Below, piece by piece: positions 44,221 through 55,747 of a stretch of DNA of 64,000 nt. A program made the translations under genes and the position numbers. Positions within the stretch are counted from its first letter, which is position 1. Each line of letters begins with the position of its first letter. The stretch comes from Tetramitus jugosus (lineage: Eukaryota > Protista > Heterolobosea). A model generated the notes under the pieces. That model made no database searches. It was given only the letters and a program-made list of their open reading frames with translations, and was not told the origin of the DNA. Location of the stretch: NCBI GenBank assembly GCA_937625935.1, contig OW569384.1:1-64000 (forward strand), written 5' to 3'.

Positions 44221-46259
44221 ATGGATGATCCACTATCACTGTTCAAAGAATTTGTAAAAACGAGAAAACCCATTTTCCTTGAAAACAATGGTCAAAAGAT
44301 TGCGTTTGGTGAGATTCGATTCGACAGTCAAACTACAGTCTCCATCAAGAACGAGTATGAATATATTGTATACACTCTTCTTTCTCTCACCACACACATA
44401 TGAGAACACTTTCACTGACAAACTTTTGAAAACTATGAAAATTTTCAAATTGTTGAAATTTATTTTTTGTGTGTTTTTGTGCGCACAACAGAGAATTACA
44501 ATTGGCTCAAATTTGGTTCTATTTGAAACATTGTGATAAGACCTATGTAGAATATTTGAACGAGTGCAGAAAACACAAGATGAACAAGGTTTCCATCTCT
44601 TTGCAATCCGATCTTAAATCCATGTTTTTAATTGATGCAACTACAGTGAAACCATCACAATTGTTTTTGGAAAAAAATGTGGATCAACCATCGAGTACTG
44701 CCTCTTCTGCTGCTGCTGCCTCTGCTGCTGCTGAGAATGAAAGTGTAGATGAACAACAACAACAGCATGCAACAAGCACGTTGGATGCATCATCTGAACA
44801 ATCATTATCATCATCGTTAAAGAGAAAGAGAGAGGAAACAGCAGCAACAGCAGCATCACAAGATGAAACCAGTGACAGTGCTCATCAAAAGGACGATAAA
44901 CAATTGACCGCAACAGCAAGTAGTGCAACGGAATCAGCCATGTCATCTGAAGCCAAGAGACCTCGAATCGAAGAGGCACATAAATCAAGAACAACAGATG
45001 CTTCATCATCATCATCAGGTGCAAGTGCTACTGATGCAGTTTCTTCCTCGCAACAAGCTGCAGTGGCAACGAGTAGAGATGCAGTGTCAATCAAGGCATC
45101 AACCGATGTATCATTGAATGAAAAACAATTGGAATCGAAGCAGGCATTCGGAGAATTGTTGGACAAGGTTTCTATGATTGCAAAGGATCATCATCACAAT
45201 GCATCATCTTCCAAATCAAGTCAGAAAATGATGGACGATTTGGATGCAATGATTTCGGTGGATGCGCTGACTCCTTTCCTTCAATATGATCAAACCATTT
45301 TGAAAAAGTTGAAGAGAAGAGAATTGGCATCGAGGAAGACGTTTTCGTTGCATGCGAGAACAGGAACTGCAGGAGCAACTTCCAAGGCCAACTTTTCCTA
45401 CATTACAACCAAAATTCTACCAAAGGTCAAAATGATGGAAGTAGAGAGAAAGAAGCAAGAGGAAGCAGACAAGAAGCAAAAGGCACGGTTGGACAAGGAA
45501 TCAAACTACGATGCCGCAAACATTCAAATCCATGCTCAAGTGAGAAGCAGAAGATATAATGAAGACTCTATTTGGAAGTCGAGTGTAGGAGCAGAGTTTG
45601 ACGAGTTCCAGATTGACCCAATGGGATCTAATCTGGGACTGGGAGGCAGCAGTGCTTCAGGATTAGGTTCTCAGATGGAGACAACATCCTCCTCTGCCGA
45701 AGTCAATGAACAGGAGCAGTTGAATCAGGCAAAGAGAGCTGCTCAACAACAAGTGGAAAGACGATCGCAGAGCCAGCAACAACCAAAGAAGAGAAAGGTG
45801 CCAATTATTATTGTGCCTCCTGCTCTGTCATCTCTGATTACTCTGTACAACGTTAAGAGCTTCTTGCAAAACGGTCAATTTATCACTACTGAGGAACAAA
45901 GACAGAATGGTTCGACCAAACCAGATTACGTCATTGTGCAACGCCAAACAAAGCAACAGACCGTTGAAGATTTCTTAATTATCGACAATGTGAATAAGCT
46001 GTCCAAGGAGGATTGGTCTCGTGTGATTGCAGTCTTTGTCACTGGTCAATCCTGGCAGTTCAGAGGTTGGTTCTCAGAGGATCCAACAGTCGTTTTGAAC
46101 AAGATCAAGGGCTTCCATGTCAAGTATACCGATGATCCTGTGAATGAAAACATTGCCAAATGGCCTGTCACCGTACTTGACATCAGCAAGAATCAAACAA
46201 AGAGACATATGGATCGAACCTTGACGAGAATATTCTGGGAAAAAGCATTGAATAAATAA
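44221..46259 (+). CDS. CDC73: Parafibromin / Cdc73 (PAF1 complex); intron 44355-44491
   Basis: MDDPLSL N-terminus; PIIIVP..SLITLYNVKSFL, DW.RVIAVF..GQ.WQF.GW. Confidence 0.93.
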
Positions 46260-46291
46260 TTGTCTGTTGTAGTTTCGCCATTTTATTGCTG

Positions 46292-48604
46292 TCAGCTCTC
46301 CTCGCTGTTAGACAAGTCAAGAGGGTCAACAATAGATTGAAAATTGAATTGTGTTTCCGAAACATTCGCCTTACGCTTGATCCTTTGTTCGACGTCATCA
46401 GAGTAAAAAGAATGGTGAGTTCGATACAATCGCTTGCTCTCCAAGTGCTCCCGCCGCTTTGTCAAATGAATTAGCAACGGATCACTGTTCTCAATATCAT
46501 CTGACTGCACATCCATCATTACCTCTGTTTTTAACGAGTACCACAACAGAGACCAGTTGTGCGTCGTTGTAGTGTAAAATTCTCTCTTTAGCTCGATGAC
46601 CGCTCGCTTCAACACATTGAGCTTGTTACTCAGTTGTAGTACACCTAACACTGAGCTATTCGCAGCACCAAAATCAGCACCAGACAGATATTTGCTAATC
46701 TCGTTAAACAACAGCGTCACCTTGTCCAATGTGCTCAATTGTTCCTCCTTTGCCAACTGTATCGATAGTTCAATCAATCGTAGCATGCCATTCTTCCTGT
46801 TCGGGTGATCCTTCATCTGCAGCTCATACGTTTTTAGTCGCTCAATAATTTGATTAAAGAATGATTTGACTTCAAAATAAAAGTTGGCCAACGGTGTCAC
46901 ATCATAATCGTCGCTTCCATCCGTCGCCTCATGCTCCAATTCCTCCTTTATCTGACTCGTATACACATCTTGCATCATTGATGCCATTAAATCCTCTTGA
47001 GCATCATGATTCGATGCGACACTGGTACTACTACTACTGCTGCTAATACCAGATGGTGAATGATTCTTGTTCAACACCTGATAGCTCTCATACAATTGAT
47101 TAAAAAATTCGTCGCTCAACGATTCGGGAAAACGATCCATGTGGTGCACCATTGCATTGTTGTGAGGACTAGTGGATCCACTGGCACCAACACCATAATG
47201 TCCCATTACATGATGATCAATACTACCACCATTGTTATTGGATGGATAAGAGGAAGGAGAGACACTGAATCGATTGGCTATTCTTTGATTCGATATCGTA
47301 TAGGACGCTTGACTCGACACACCATTGTTTTGATTGTTATCTCCATTGTTATTCTTAGCATGATGATGATGATTGATTCTTCGAAGATGATTACCAGCAC
47401 TTCCATTGGCAGTGGCAGTGGCAGGATTGACTGCAGGTATCAATCTCACACGATTCAACGGCAATCCTCCATATCTCTTGTACATTTGTCTCAAAATTCG
47501 ATCCAACAAGAAATTGACTGCATCCTGCACAGAGTACTCCAACAACACACTTGTCATGTGCCATCCAATGTAACTACAATCACGTATATACGCATCGAGT
47601 CCACTCGGTTTCACCACATGATTCGCCTTGTCCGATTTGTGTGCAATGAGCAGTACGTTTGTACCGAGTCTCGCAGGCAACAATGACCGCCATTGATCCA
47701 CAGCCAACAATGACTTTTGATTTGTCACATCAAACACAATCAACACACCGTGAACATCGTTTAGTATGTGCTTGAGTTGATCATTTTGGTTCTTGAGACA
47801 AGAGTGTGGCACATCAATCAATTGAACTCGAATGTGCATTTTGAATTTTTGTGCAATGAGTTTGGTTTGTTCGAGACGGATCGAGTGCAAGTCAATACCC
47901 ACTGTTGGCTTATACTTTTTGTGTGTCCAATACGATGGGTCATTGTAGTGATGTTTGTGCTTGCTTTTTTGATCATCAGAAGAGTATGATGATGATGATG
48001 ATGAAGTTGGATGAGAGGATTGATAACTGGTGCAGTATCGTTTGATGAGTGAACTTTTGCCTGTAGATGGTCCACCTACCACAAGTAGCTTTAGGTGATA
48101 CTCTGGTTGATGATTGTAGTAGACTTGTTTGGTGGATGAGGGAACGATAATGGTTTTTGGTTGTTGTTGTTGATGATTAGAGAATGATGATAATGGTGGA
48201 TGATGGTTATTGTTATTATTGTTGTTGTTGTTATTGGTGAGAGAGGAGGAAGAAGTGGTGAAGGAGTTTCGAAGAGAAGACAATCCCAATTTGAAGCTAT
48301 TGCTATTGTTATTACGGCCTAAGCTATTACTACTACCATGATTGGCAGTTGTTGTTGTTCGTGGTGATCCGTAAGAGGATGACAACGAGGAGGGTGGTTG
48401 TTTCGCGCCTTTATTTTTCGATGAAGTTTCAACGGCAATCGGAGCGGAGCTCATCGGCCGAAGGGAAGGATGATGATTGGTGTTGGCTGCCGTGACAATA
48501 ATGGGAGTATTACTGATGATTTGATCTATATTATGGTGATTATTGTTGTTGGATGTGTCATCATTTGTGTTGTTGTTGCGCTTGGCTCGGAGTTTGTTGA
48601 ACAT
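46292..48604 (-). CDS. Atypical Rab-like GTPase domain protein with long extensions
   Basis: KLLVVGGPSTGKSSLI, PTVG.D, IVFDVT, AHKSD; G3 degenerate. Confidence 0.78.
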   Translation of the reverse strand: MFNKLRAKRNNNTNDDTSNNNNHHNIDQIISNTPIIVTAANTNHHPSLRPMSSAPIAVETSSKNKGAKQPPSSLSSSYGSPRTTTTANHGSSNSLGRNNNSNSFKLGLSSLRNSFTTSSSSLTNNNNNNNNNNHHPPLSSFSNHQQQQPKTIIVPSSTKQVYYNHQPEYHLKLLVVGGPSTGKSSLIKRYCTSYQSSHPTSSSSSSYSSDDQKSKHKHHYNDPSYWTHKKYKPTVGIDLHSIRLEQTKLIAQKFKMHIRVQLIDVPHSCLKNQNDQLKHILNDVHGVLIVFDVTNQKSLLAVDQWRSLLPARLGTNVLLIAHKSDKANHVVKPSGLDAYIRDCSYIGWHMTSVLLEYSVQDAVNFLLDRILRQMYKRYGGLPLNRVRLIPAVNPATATANGSAGNHLRRINHHHHAKNNNGDNNQNNGVSSQASYTISNQRIANRFSVSPSSYPSNNNGGSIDHHVMGHYGVGASGSTSPHNNAMVHHMDRFPESLSDEFFNQLYESYQVLNKNHSPSGISSSSSSTSVASNHDAQEDLMASMMQDVYTSQIKEELEHEATDGSDDYDVTPLANFYFEVKSFFNQIIERLKTYELQMKDHPNRKNGMLRLIELSIQLAKEEQLSTLDKVTLLFNEISKYLSGADFGAANSSVLGVLQLSNKLNVLKRAVIELKREFYTTTTHNWSLLWYSLKTEVMMDVQSDDIENSDPLLIHLTKRREHLESKRLYRTHHSFYSDDVEQRIKRKANVSETQFNFQSIVDPLDLSNSEES

Positions 48605-49196
48605 GGAAGCGTTTTATGGTTGTTGTTGTTGTTGTTGTTGGTCTCTCTCGATTGGTGGTGGTGATCGATAAAGGTAGGATGTCTGTGTGTGAGTGGGTGT
48701 CTATAAATGAAGGAGCGTATGTTTCTGGGTTTCAGAAAAAGTTTTTTGCTCTTCCTGGAACAAAAAGTATTCTCCTACAACTTGTTGTTTTCCCGCAATT
48801 TTTGTAAGTGAACCTTCCAAGTGGCAACTTAAACTTGTTTCGTGTGTTCTTTCGTAACCTTTCAGTTGCTAGCTTATTCTCGATCTCACTGTAGATGACT
48901 GATCCTTGGAAGGTATAAATACTAGCCAACCCACCACCAGAGATTTGAATCGTTTTCGGCAGTATCCCGCGTATCGCGCAATGTCTTCGCGTATCACCCA
49001 ACACGTGAATTCGTGTCCAGGAGAAAGAGTCTCTCTTGAAATTTCAATGTTCCTACAACACAGCTGAAGAGCAAAACACACAAACACATCTCCAACCAAG
49101 CAACCAACCAATACCCCTTAAGCGACTCCATAACCCGCGAGAGTACTCACCTCCTTCCTTTGACTTTTAACCAAAGATCCTCCTATTACATATATC

Positions 49197-50825
49197 ATGA
49201 TTGAAGTGAGCCATCCGCCACAACCTCTCCCATTATCCCCGGTTGTTGCTGCTGAAAGTGTGACGGGCACTACCAACCTGAATGCCATGGACTTGTCGAC
49301 GACCCATCATCACAAGAAGGACCTCAAACAAAAATTAATCAGTGGTATCGATGAAATGGACAACAATGGTACTTCTGCTAAAAAGTGGTGGAAGTTACAA
49401 AGCACCACCACAAGTGCTCGCAGGAGAGACATTCTCTCGTTCATTGAACAGAATTCCAACCTGCTGAACGTCATTGTTCTTGGAATTAGCTTTTGCACGT
49501 TTTTCACTGCATTTAACACGATGCAAGGATTCTTGACTGATCTCAAGAAGGAACAAGGATTCTATGCTCTGAGCGTGCTCTACATGTTCTTTGCCATCTC
49601 TGTGCCAATTGTACCGGCTGCGATTGAACTATTTGGTGCCAAGGCGCTCCTCTTTGTTTCATCGCTGACTTATTCTGCGTTTGTTCTATTGGCAATCTTT
49701 GAGCCTGTTTGGCCATTGATGGTTGCTTCTGCTGTGAATGGAATTGGAGGTGCTGTTCTTTGGACTGCTCATGGCAGCTTTCTGGTTCAAATAGGTGGAG
49801 ATAAGCTCGGATTTTACACTGGTCTCTTCTTTGCCATCTTCACGGTCAATATGCTCGTGGGCAATTTGTTGGCAGGTGTCTTGCTGAGTGCTGGTGCCTC
49901 TGTGTTTCTCACATTCTTTATCCTGTTTATCATTAGTGTGATTGGAAACATGATGCTGCTGTTTTTGAGATCTCCAAAGAGCGCTGTAGTCGCAGCCACA
50001 GCAACAGAGAGCACGAACCATAACGAGGAACAAGAGACAGAGCTCGTTGACCAAACAACTGAAGACACTGGAGTAATCGAAGAGGGACATACTATCGTGA
50101 TGGACGACCAACACGGTGTAGAACCTCTGGAGCCTGCAGTGAAGCAGAAGAAGAGCTTGCGAACTATTGTGTCAGACATTGGCCGAGGCGTTCGCAACAC
50201 ATTCAAGGTCATGATCGACAAGAGAATGATTCTGTTCATGGGTATTGCTTTGCACAACGGTTTCACCATATCTCTCTTCTTTGGTGCAATTCCATCAACC
50301 ATTGGAGAGAAGAGTCGGTCACTGATTGGTTACTGCATGTCAGCGTTCGGAGTCAGTGAAATTCTTGGCTCAATCTTGTTTGGCAAACTGTTGGACACGC
50401 TGGGCAAGAGAAAGGTCATGACCACCACTCTAGTGCTGCAAGTTTGTGCCACGGTGTTGATATGGTTCATGTCCTACTCTCCACCATACTTGTTCTTTGT
50501 TACGACTTTTGTCTGTGGTCTAGCAGACAGTGGTTACAACACATCTATTTACAGCATCCTAGGATCACCTGCCTATTTCCAAGATCGTGCAGGAGATGGA
50601 ATAGCTGCCTTCAAGTTCTTGCAATCAGTTGCCATTGGTTGCGGCTTTGTCCTCTCCAGATTTGTCTCCAGAGTGACTCTCAAGATTGTTCTGAGTGTCT
50701 TGCTTGGTTTCGCCATCGTGACCTGGACAGCATTGGAATACTTTGTTGCTTCAGCAGACAAGAAGGAGATTGCTTCAACTGAGCTTGTTGCCCGAGCTCG
50801 TCCAGAAGTAGTCATTGAAGAATAA
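49197..50825 (+). CDS. UNC93-like MFS transporter, paralog of 25389-27017
   Basis: Shared NVIVLG.SFC.FF, LWTAHG, LGFYTGLFFAI, SRSLIGYCMS, GLADS.YNTSIY. Confidence 0.9.
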   Translation: MIEVSHPPQPLPLSPVVAAESVTGTTNLNAMDLSTTHHHKKDLKQKLISGIDEMDNNGTSAKKWWKLQSTTTSARRRDILSFIEQNSNLLNVIVLGISFCTFFTAFNTMQGFLTDLKKEQGFYALSVLYMFFAISVPIVPAAIELFGAKALLFVSSLTYSAFVLLAIFEPVWPLMVASAVNGIGGAVLWTAHGSFLVQIGGDKLGFYTGLFFAIFTVNMLVGNLLAGVLLSAGASVFLTFFILFIISVIGNMMLLFLRSPKSAVVAATATESTNHNEEQETELVDQTTEDTGVIEEGHTIVMDDQHGVEPLEPAVKQKKSLRTIVSDIGRGVRNTFKVMIDKRMILFMGIALHNGFTISLFFGAIPSTIGEKSRSLIGYCMSAFGVSEILGSILFGKLLDTLGKRKVMTTTLVLQVCATVLIWFMSYSPPYLFFVTTFVCGLADSGYNTSIYSILGSPAYFQDRAGDGIAAFKFLQSVAIGCGFVLSRFVSRVTLKIVLSVLLGFAIVTWTALEYFVASADKKEIASTELVARARPEVVIEE

Positions 50826-50886
50826 TACTGCAATAATATTGCTATCTTATAAATTCATCTTTACTATGCATACGTTTTCTTGCTCT

Positions 50887-52473
50887 TTATAAGTTTTCAT
50901 CAAAGTGAATAGTAACAGCTCTTCCAGCAGTGGATACATCAGGATCAGACACGTGCAATTGAGTTCCATCTGTCATCAACTCGCCCATCTTCTTGCTCAA
51001 GTTTGGTCTAGTTGCCTGTTCGATGGATGCAACGTTCGAAATGTAGTATGTCTTACCAGCAGCTCTGATCTGAGATTGCTTGTATTGGAACTCTGGTTCC
51101 TCAGCGAGCATCTCTCTAAACTCTTGCAATGTCTTGTTAGGGTTGATTCTGAAGTCACGTGGCAATGGTGCACCACACTCTGGGCATCCATCTCTCTTCT
51201 CATTCTTGTAAGTGTAGGTAAAGATACCTTCGTTACCATTGTACAGTGTGTAATCGTCCAAATGTGGGTACATGAGAGTGGCAAGCTTCAATGCCTCATT
51301 GGCACAAGCAGATGCAATCACAGCATTCGTAGATGCAATAGCAGGAATAATGTTCTTGACGACACCTTGGGTCAATCGATAGGAAACGCCAGCAATGTTG
51401 TGCTTTTGTGCATAGGCCATGGCACGATCACAGATCCACTTGATGTGTCTTGGATTGTCTCCGTCAACCTTCTCATCATCAGCGATACCTTCCTTGCCCT
51501 TGATTTCATCCCACTCCTTCTCCATGGCAAAAACAATGCAATGCTCTGGTACACGAGGTGTGGCAGCAGCCGTGCACAACTGGAACACCTTTTGTGGTGT
51601 AAAGAGACCCATGGTACACTCGTAGCATGCAGTGATCCGAGGGAAGATGACTCTGGCTTGACCCTTGAATCCCTCTGTTCCACCATCAATGAACGGAATC
51701 ACAGTGGACATGTCAATCTGTGGTTCACCATCATTCTCCTCATCACCACCCTCCTCTGGTTCCTCATACTTGACAAGACTGCACAACAGAGAGTTCATCC
51801 ATCTTCTTGCACTGATCGAATCCAATCCACTAATCACAATATTGAATTGCTTATAAAAGTCAATTGGCATCTGTTGTATCTTACAATTGTGTGCAGTGAC
51901 TTTGCATCCTGGTACTCTGGCATTGACAAAGTTGGCAGCACATTCGGCCTTTGACTTACCAATGTCCGAATGTCTGAACAGGAATTGACGATTCAAATTA
52001 CTGAGATCAATCGTATCCATATCAATAATATGAATGTTTCTGAAACCGCTCATGGCAAGATTCTTGACCAGTTCACAACCCAATCCACCAGCACCAATAA
52101 TCAATACTTTACACTCGTGATGCAAAAAGCTCTTGGTCTAAATCATCATAATATATATAACGATAAATGCAAGGCAAAGATTTTTGTTTTTTCGAAAAAA
52201 AAACAAGAGTTGTTAGTTTTTTTTCCCCAAACAACAACAACAACAATCGTCAGCATCATCAGGATACAAAAAAACAGAATATGTGGATAGTCATCACCAA
52301 CATACCAATTCAAAACCAGGCAATGCATCTTCATCGGTACCTTGCATAGGACCATATCGACTCAGAATCATATCAAGATCGAACCATCTTTTTTGTTCGA
52401 CAGTGTCAGGTAATGAGTGAGTAGGATTGGTGGTGGAGACAGCAGTTGAATCTTCTGTTTGTTGTTGAGACAT
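50887..52473 (-). CDS. UBA3: NEDD8-activating enzyme E1 catalytic subunit; intron 52138-52305
   Basis: GAGGLGCE, SNLNRQFLF, DGGTEGFKGQARV, PR.PEHC, VKNIIPA.ASTNA, E2-binding C-terminus. Confidence 0.95.
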
Positions 52474-53071
52474 TGAATGGTGCAGTTTTTTTTTTCGGTG
52501 TTGGTTTTTTTGTTTGTTGAGTGCTTTTTGATCGAAGAAAGCTTTTTTTTTTGTTTTGTTAGAACTTTGTTGTGAACTGTTTTTTTGTAAGTTCTTTGAG
52601 GTTAGTTCGCAAGAATCATCTGCTGTCAACCTGAAAATCGTTTTCCAGGAATGATCTAGTGCAGTCTTGAAAGAACCCAACACAACAGTTGCCCCCATTA
52701 CGTTCCTTTCTGTGAGTTGTGCTCGGCCCAATGGTAGGACATGAAACTTTAGTTCAGAACGGCACAATTCTAAATGCTCCTGTTCAGTCCAAAGATGTTC
52801 GTGTGTGTTGACTGTTTTTGTTTCTCCTCACCCTAATCACAAGGGACATTTTTAGTATGATCATGTTACTCTTACGGATATCCAAGCAAAAGTGTCGGAG
52901 AAGCTAGCTTCCTTTGGAAGGACTAGTTCGAGTCGAGCTGTATTGGTGTGGCCTCGCAGATCTATGAGGGGATTAGTATTTATCTTCTATAGAGATGTGA
53001 AATTCTGCACTCGAACATCTAACCAACAACAGACTGAATCACTAATTGACTGGAAGACCAAGAGTTGAAAA

Positions 53072-53827
53072 ATGAAGATTTCAATCCTGCTCCTCTTTGC
53101 CCTTTTTGCAATGTTTGCCTATGCTCGTGCTGACTGTCCTCCAGGAAACCAACTGTGCGGAGCACAATGCTACAACCCCGCAACTCACTACTGCGTTCAA
53201 CCAGAAAACCATCTCTGTCCAATCAGCACCGGTTATTGTGGTGGTGCCTGCTTCAACCCAGCTCAATACTACTGTGTTGGGGAAATTTTGATTCAAGGTT
53301 CTGCACCAGCTGTGACCACCGCCGAGTCCATTGTTACTGGCGGAGGAAATTGTGGATCTCAAGCAACCTGTGGAGATCAATGCTATAATCCCACAACTCA
53401 TTCTTGCCAGAATGGAAACCAAGTGTGTCCACTGGGAGGCTTTCAGGCTTGTGGTGCTGCTTGCTTCTTGCCATCTGAGTATCATTGCGTTGGTGGTGTT
53501 TTGGTTCAAGGCCCTGCACCTGCTGTGACTGCTTCCGAGTCCCTTGTTACAGCAGTTTCACCTTCTTTAGCTCCTAATCCATGCGGAACTGGACAAGCTC
53601 TCTGTGGTACGCAATGCTACATCACTTCTCAGTACAAATGTATTACAGGAAACCTTTTGTGTAGCTGCAGTACTCCAAACTTCTGCCCTGGAGATGGTGC
53701 TTGCTACAGTCCTACCTCATTCAGTTGTTGTGGTACTACTACTGACAACAGTCACTTGGTCGGCGGAGCAAACCAGTGTGCTGAAGATCAGAACAAGGGA
53801 ATTTCCACTGGAACCGGATGCGTTTAA
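53072..53827 (+). CDS. Secreted Cys-rich protein with repeated CG..CY.P...C modules (CBM52/PF10645-like)
   Basis: Signal peptide; three modules separated by APAVT.(A/S)ES.VT linkers. Confidence 0.75.
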   Translation: MKISILLLFALFAMFAYARADCPPGNQLCGAQCYNPATHYCVQPENHLCPISTGYCGGACFNPAQYYCVGEILIQGSAPAVTTAESIVTGGGNCGSQATCGDQCYNPTTHSCQNGNQVCPLGGFQACGAACFLPSEYHCVGGVLVQGPAPAVTASESLVTAVSPSLAPNPCGTGQALCGTQCYITSQYKCITGNLLCSCSTPNFCPGDGACYSPTSFSCCGTTTDNSHLVGGANQCAEDQNKGISTGTGCV

Positions 53828-53909
53828 ATCCATCCTGATAGGACATACCCAATAATTAAGTTGAGGATCACTGTAAATAAAAGTGGTGTTTTATCATAGT
53901 ATTTTTACT

Positions 53910-55427
53910 CTACCATTCGAGACTGGACTCGCTCAAACTACGGATTGTTGGACTGTTTTCACTGTAGAACTGAGAATACCATCTTCTGAACTGTGAAATT
54001 GGACCATCGTTCTTCACCAACACAGGATTCTTGAAATACGTCTTATTGTTCCAAATGGGAACATCTTGTTCCAATGCACTTGTCATCATGATCATGAACC
54101 ACTTGCCAAAGAATCGAGGCAAGTACCAAGGCGTAAAGATCACGTGTTCTACTTGTTGATGCAAAGGTCCAACAGGTGTCACTGTCTGAACCATTACAAA
54201 CGTGCCTACTGGGGTCTTGAAATCGAACATGACAATACCTGGACCGAGTTGACAACCTACGACATCGACCGTGCTATATGGAATGTTGAACCAGTCCTTG
54301 AAGGTGCTCACATGCTGGACTCTAAAGTGACCAATGTGACGATCCTTGTCATCATTGATGTTACCTGCGTTCCATGTAGCTCCCCAAATGTTCTTGACCC
54401 AACTGTTCGTGTGTTGCAACTCTTGGTGAACAATGTTCAAATGAGCTGCATCTGGACCGTTCTCTGGAATTTCTTGAATATGACAGTACACGTGATGTTC
54501 GCACTTGCCGTGAGTGTGCAGCTTGGATGAAATGTCAGGAATCTCCCATGTAGGTTCCTCTCCCTCTGCATGATTCCACAGCCAAACCATTTGATTCTTC
54601 TCAATGACATGAAACTTTTTGGAGTGTGCCTGAGAGGGAACTCTGAATCCATTGTGTTCACACTCGTGGTCAGGTACTTGATCACATGACGTGGTGGTAG
54701 CAGCAGTTATTGGTGACTTTGGTGTACTGTTGTTTGTGTCGTTGTTCTTGTTACCTGCAACAACAGTCTTCTTCAATGATCCATTCTTGTTCAGAATAGG
54801 CATAGGCAAAGGAGCTTCTCCATTCGAGACACACTTGCCAGTCTCACCACTGAACGTCCAGTGATGGAACGGACAAACGAGACAATTGCCCTTCACTTGG
54901 CCTCCGACTGCCAAATTGGCACCTAGATGTGTGCAGTAGAGATCAATGGCATACACTTGATGAGAACTGTCTGATGCACGGAACACTGCCATGTCTACAC
55001 CACAGATGGACCTCTGAAGAACTTGACCCGGTACCAACTCTCGAGAATCACACACTTTGAACCAACCATTGGGATACACTGGTGGATAATCTCCGATTCG
55101 CTTTCTGCGACGATTCTTCTTCTCTTTCTCTGTTTCCATGTCAACGATTCGGTGCAGAGGAGCGAACAGTGCATAGTGTAGTTGGGAGAGGAGTGGACGG
55201 AGAAGCACCCGCCACAATAGTGCACCACTCAACAATACTATGAGAACAAAGGATGACATGATGGCCATTTTGCTTGTCGTGCTATCATTCTTGTCTTGTG
55301 CAATGATGTGAGATTTGATGAGCAGTGGACGAATCGTCTCATCTGATAGGCATTCCAATGTGTGATAGGCAGTCGATAAGAGTGACTGAGGGTTGTGAAT
55401 GTTGTGCAGTTGGGAGAAACAATTCAT
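53910..55427 (-). CDS. nvd: Rieske sterol C7-desaturase (Neverland/DAF-36 family); start uncertain
   Basis: TM anchor, PP.YPNGWF, C.HLGA..CPFH Rieske, EIPENG.D.AHL..VH, D..IWNNK, FRRWYSQFYSENS. Confidence 0.9.
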   Translation of the reverse strand: MNCFSQLHNIHNPQSLLSTAYHTLECLSDETIRPLLIKSHIIAQDKNDSTTSKMAIMSSFVLIVLLSGALLWRVLLRPLLSQLHYALFAPLHRIVDMETEKEKKNRRRKRIGDYPPVYPNGWFKVCDSRELVPGQVLQRSICGVDMAVFRASDSSHQVYAIDLYCTHLGANLAVGGQVKGNCLVCPFHHWTFSGETGKCVSNGEAPLPMPILNKNGSLKKTVVAGNKNNDTNNSTPKSPITAATTTSCDQVPDHECEHNGFRVPSQAHSKKFHVIEKNQMVWLWNHAEGEEPTWEIPDISSKLHTHGKCEHHVYCHIQEIPENGPDAAHLNIVHQELQHTNSWVKNIWGATWNAGNINDDKDRHIGHFRVQHVSTFKDWFNIPYSTVDVVGCQLGPGIVMFDFKTPVGTFVMVQTVTPVGPLHQQVEHVIFTPWYLPRFFGKWFMIMMTSALEQDVPIWNNKTYFKNPVLVKNDGPISQFRRWYSQFYSENSPTIRSLSESSLEW

Positions 55428-55747
55428 CTTAAAGTTGGTGTGTTGGACTGGGATTGTTGCCGACAGTTGGACTTTATTGTTTTCTGGGGTGGGAAACTGA
55501 AAGATGATGTTGTAGGTTCGTGTTGTTTTTTTTAATATCATGGACTATCCCCAGGTTGAGTCAACAGAGACAACAGGCACCACGGAGTGTTCGCGGACGA
55601 ACGGACAGATTTCTGAAAGGGAATCGAATATTCTTGTATTTTTTGCGCCACGACACAGATTCACAAAGTGAAAATGATGTTAGATTGGGTTATTGGATGC
55701 CCCAATTCGAGCTGAGAACCTTGGAAAAGACACCATCGATCCCAGAT

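Noticed and set aside
50905-51954. 349-aa + strand ORF
   Set aside because: Antisense shadow of codon-biased UBA3
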